Origin: the human T2T-CHM13v2.0 reference genome, Homo sapiens
Assembly: GCF_009914755.1 (NCBI RefSeq)
Contig: NC_060947.1
DNA length: 64,000 bases
Strand: one strand, 5' to 3'
A program made the translations under genes and the position numbers. Below, one piece after another: positions 58,180-64,000 of the stretch (within the stretch, counting starts at the first letter, position 1; each line of letters begins with the position of its first letter). The notes below the pieces were generated by a model, which had not been told where the DNA came from, made no database searches, and saw only the letters and a list, made by a program, of their open reading frames with translations.

Positions 58180-58900
58180 GACAGCGGAAGTTGGCCGCCA
58201 CCACAGTACTCCTGCTTCCCTTTGTCTGGCGGCCCCGCGGGATTGGCCAGAGCTGGCGCCGAGGGACTGCAGAGCCACCCACCCCCGTGGCTCCTACTGC
58301 GCACGCGTGAAAAAAGCCAGGTTGAGGGGAACGGGGGAGCTTCGGGCGTAGAGTGTGGGGAGTGGGGGATCTGGTGCAAATTAGGGTGCGTGAAAGAAGT
58401 CACAAAAAGCGCAGAGGCCAGGCTTCCCGCCCTAATCCGGCCTTTGTCTCCGCCCCTCTGCCTTTGTTTCGGCCCAAGCGTCTTATTGGTCAGACATCTT
58501 CAGCCCCATTGGTCCAAGAGCCAAAGGACGGGGTCTGCCCCAAGCTGTGCCTGCTTCCGGAGCCGCAATAAGAACGGTCAATTGAGATGCGGCTTTCAGG
58601 CATTTGTTTAGGACATGCCCATGGCGGGGCTTCTAAAGGGGCTTGTACGGCAACTGGAGCGGTTCAGCGTTCAACAACAAGCTTCCAAGATGCCGCCCAA
58701 AGGAAAAAGTGGTTCTGGAAAAGCGGGGAAAGGTAGAGCGGCCAGAGCGATCAAGGAGAATGGGGGCGGGTGAGGAGCGAAGGGAGGGAACAGACAGTCC
58801 ATCTCCGGAGTCCGGGACGGACGCAGCAGGTAGCCAGTGGCCCCACAGTGCTGCCATCGATTACATCTGTAGGAATACATTGGGCTACGGTTCAGGGACC
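58180..58900 (+). promoter_or_regulatory. PIN4: PIN4 CpG-rich TATA-less promoter/first exon
   Basis: CpG-rich. NRF1-like TGCGCACGCG at 58298-58307, GC boxes, inverted CCAAT boxes (ATTGG ~58485, ~58508) and an ETS-like CTTCCGG at 58554-58560. Confidence 0.8.
58615..58732 (+). CDS. PIN4: PIN4 coding exon 1: Par17 start at 58615 (MPMAGLLKGLVRQLERFSVQQQASK) and Par14 start at 58690 (MPPKGKSGSGKAGK)
   Basis: Translation matches the parvulin 14/17 N-terminus; in-frame TAG at 58609-58611; donor AAAG|gtagag, phase 1. Confidence 0.95.
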
Positions 58901-59092
58901 GTCCTAGTGGGTAATGGAATCTGATGGGGATAGTTCCTCGGAGGCGATGACTTAGGGCTGCTATTTCAAGGGGTTATTAGAGCTCTAAAATTGGGTCTTA
59001 TCAAAAGCCAGCAATAGGAAGTACACATTGGTTATGGTCCTTAAAGTTCACTTTAATGCTTACAGAATGACATGCCCACCATCGGGGAAGGA

Positions 59093-61740
<2,648 letters not shown>

Positions 61741-61764
61741 TCTTGCTTAAAACTTTTCAATGGC

Positions 61765-62089
<325 letters not shown>

Positions 62090-63009
62090 CTATTACGTCT
62101 AGGATAAGTCCCAAGCTCCTTAATGGGGCCAAAAGGCCTCAATGCCCTGACCCTCAGCTACCTCCCTCAGGCAGGCTCATCTGAGTGCACTCCCACCTCA
62201 GATTTGGCTTCATCCATACAATTTCTTACACATACCATGTCGTTTCCCCCATTCTGGAGTGTCTCCTCATCCTTTCTTTGGCTAACCAGCTCCTACTCAT
62301 CCAGGAAACCTTCCCTGGCTGGCTCCAGTGTCCCTCTGTGCTTCCACAGCCCCCTGTCCATAACCATCTCTGCATCTCCTGCATTCTCCTGAAATGATCC
62401 GTCTTCCTCACTAGAATATGAGTTTTCTGAAGGAAGGTACATGGCTTGTTCATCTTTGTACTCCCAGTGCCTGGAACTCAGTAGTTGTATAGGAAATGTT
62501 TATTGAACTGAGCCCTTAATTCAACTGTAATTCTTAGGAACATCAGCCTCTAGCAGTATGTAGGCTGCCATTGACACAGAAGTTACCATAGTAGTAAAAT
62601 GACATACTAGTAAAATGTAAGATGCTGCTAATGGTTCTAGGAAGACATCAATAGGCAATGTAGTAGACTCTAGAAATTTGGACATGAATGTATTCTTTAG
62701 CCAAAAATGGGTAGTGGGAAATTTGATCTTTTTAAAAAATGTATTCTTAGAGATTTTACTTACTGGAATTGTGATGCTTGAACACATAGTTGTGGTACAT
62801 GATAGAACTCTTACAAGAACTTAGGAGTCTGCCCTCAGAAGGCAGGGTGTTAAATTGGATGCAAAGAATCTGGGCCAGGCTTCCGGAGCTTTCATTCACC
62901 TATTAGCACACTCATTTGTGTATCCATTTTCTGTGAAGGGTTTATATAGGGCACAGATTTCCTGTTTGAAGAAAGATGGGTCAGATTAATTTAGCTTGAT
63001 GTTGTAAAG

Positions 63010-63231
63010 CAAGCTTGTCCAACCCACGGCCCACGGGCTGCATACGGCCCAGGATGGCTTTGAATGCAGCCCAACACAAATTTGCAAACTTTCTTAAAAC
63101 ATTATGAGATTTTTATTTGTGATTTTTTTTTTTTTTAGCTTGTCAACTATCATTAGTGTTAGCGTATTTTGTGTGGCCCAAGATAATTCTTCCATTGTGG
63201 CCCAGGGAAGCTGAAAGGTTGGATACCCTTG
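63010..63231. mobile_element. MER30-like hAT-Charlie MITE
   Basis: Imperfect TIRs caagcttgtccaacc / ggttggatacccttg; perfect 8-bp TSD TTGTAAAG at 63002-63009 and 63232-63239. Confidence 0.85.
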
Positions 63232-63365
63232 TTGTAAAGTGTCTGGCCGAGTTCCCTTTTGAAGTGTGGCGTTATGATGGAAATATCCACTCCGGTTGTG
63301 TGTTGGACCTTTCTGTAAACATGGAGGTGCAGTTTAAATGAGTACCTGTCATCTCCTCTCTAAAG

Positions 63366-63439
63366 GGGGAGCAGCCTCTGGGAGTGACAGTGCTGACAAG
63401 AAGGCTCAAGGTCCCAAAGGTGGTGGCAATGCAGTAAAG
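63366..63439 (+). CDS. PIN4: PIN4 coding exon 2 (74 nt; [25 protein letters not shown])
   Basis: ctcctctctaaag acceptor, AAG|gtgagt donor, phase 1-0. Continues the Par14 basic N-terminus up to the PPIase domain, which is encoded beyond the window. Confidence 0.95.
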
Positions 63440-63576
63440 GTGAGTTACTGGTTCCTTTTTTTCCATGTTAAATATAAATTCTGTTTATGTGTTAGTACAC
63501 ATAAAAGACAGAATGCTTAACTCATTCTAACAGGCTAGCCTAACACTGGTATAAAATCAAAATAACACAAAATTGT

Positions 63577-63850
63577 AGCTGGGCGCACCTGTAATCCCAG
63601 CACTTTGGGAGGCCAAGGCAGGCAGATCAGCCTGGCCAAAATGGTGAAACCCTGTCTCTACTAAAAATACAAAAATTTGCCTGGTGTGGTGGTGTACACT
63701 TGTAATCCTAGCTACTTGGGAGGCTGAGGCACGAGAATCAAGAATCGCTTGAACCAGGAGGCTGAGGTTGCAATGAGCTGAGATTGCACCACTGCACTCC
63801 AGCCTGGGCAACAGAGTAAGATTCCATCTCAAAAAAATAAATAAATAAAA
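63577..63850 (+). mobile_element. Alu with internal deletions in PIN4 intron 2
   Basis: Alu consensus lacking parts of the left arm; (TAAA)n tail. Confidence 0.85.
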
Positions 63851-64000
63851 ATAAATTTTAAAAAAATGGAAAATATAGACCAGTCTTGCTTATGAAAAGT
63901 AATTCCCTTTAAATATTTTGTCATGTACTTTCTCAGATACCCAGAATTTCTTTATAGTTTTTTAGTATTGTTCCTTAAAATGCATTAAGTTAGATCTTCC

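Noticed and set aside
58072-58924. ORFs 58072-58611 and 58643-58924 over the PIN4 promoter
   Set aside because: Non-ATG starts, not in the parvulin frame; the real exon 1 frame begins at 58615/58690.

Overview
Mammalian, Alu/SVA-rich sequence that I recognise from its proteins as human Xq13.1. It holds three genes. (1) NHSL2 (+): coding exons 2-8 of this NHS/WAVE-homology actin regulator lie at 9685-21179, with GT-AG junctions and consistent phases, followed by a probable ~9.7 kb 3'UTR. (2) RTL5 (RGAG4/SIRH8/MART5, -): a domesticated Ty3/gypsy gag gene (CDS 9146-7437, 569 aa), nested antisense in the NHSL2 intron, whose CpG island runs into NHSL2 exon 2. (3) PIN4 (+): promoter and first two coding exons (Par14 and N-extended Par17). 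Between NHSL2 and PIN4 is a layered transposon field: a full-length MST-type MaLR whose LTR was hit by a full-length TPT1 retrocopy, two inverted MER51-like solo LTRs, about 25 Alus, a truncated L1PA and a 5'-truncated SVA. The best leads: a strong-Kozak ATG plus consensus splice donor in the NHSL2 3'UTR joins in frame to an acceptor in the TPT1 retrocopy (140-aa chimeric TPT1-like ORF, or an NMD switch for NHSL2); retrovirus-like donor/acceptor sites bracket the RTL5 gag ORF; and an out-of-frame uORF overlaps both PIN4 start codons. Gene and repeat-family names come from recognition, not from a database search.
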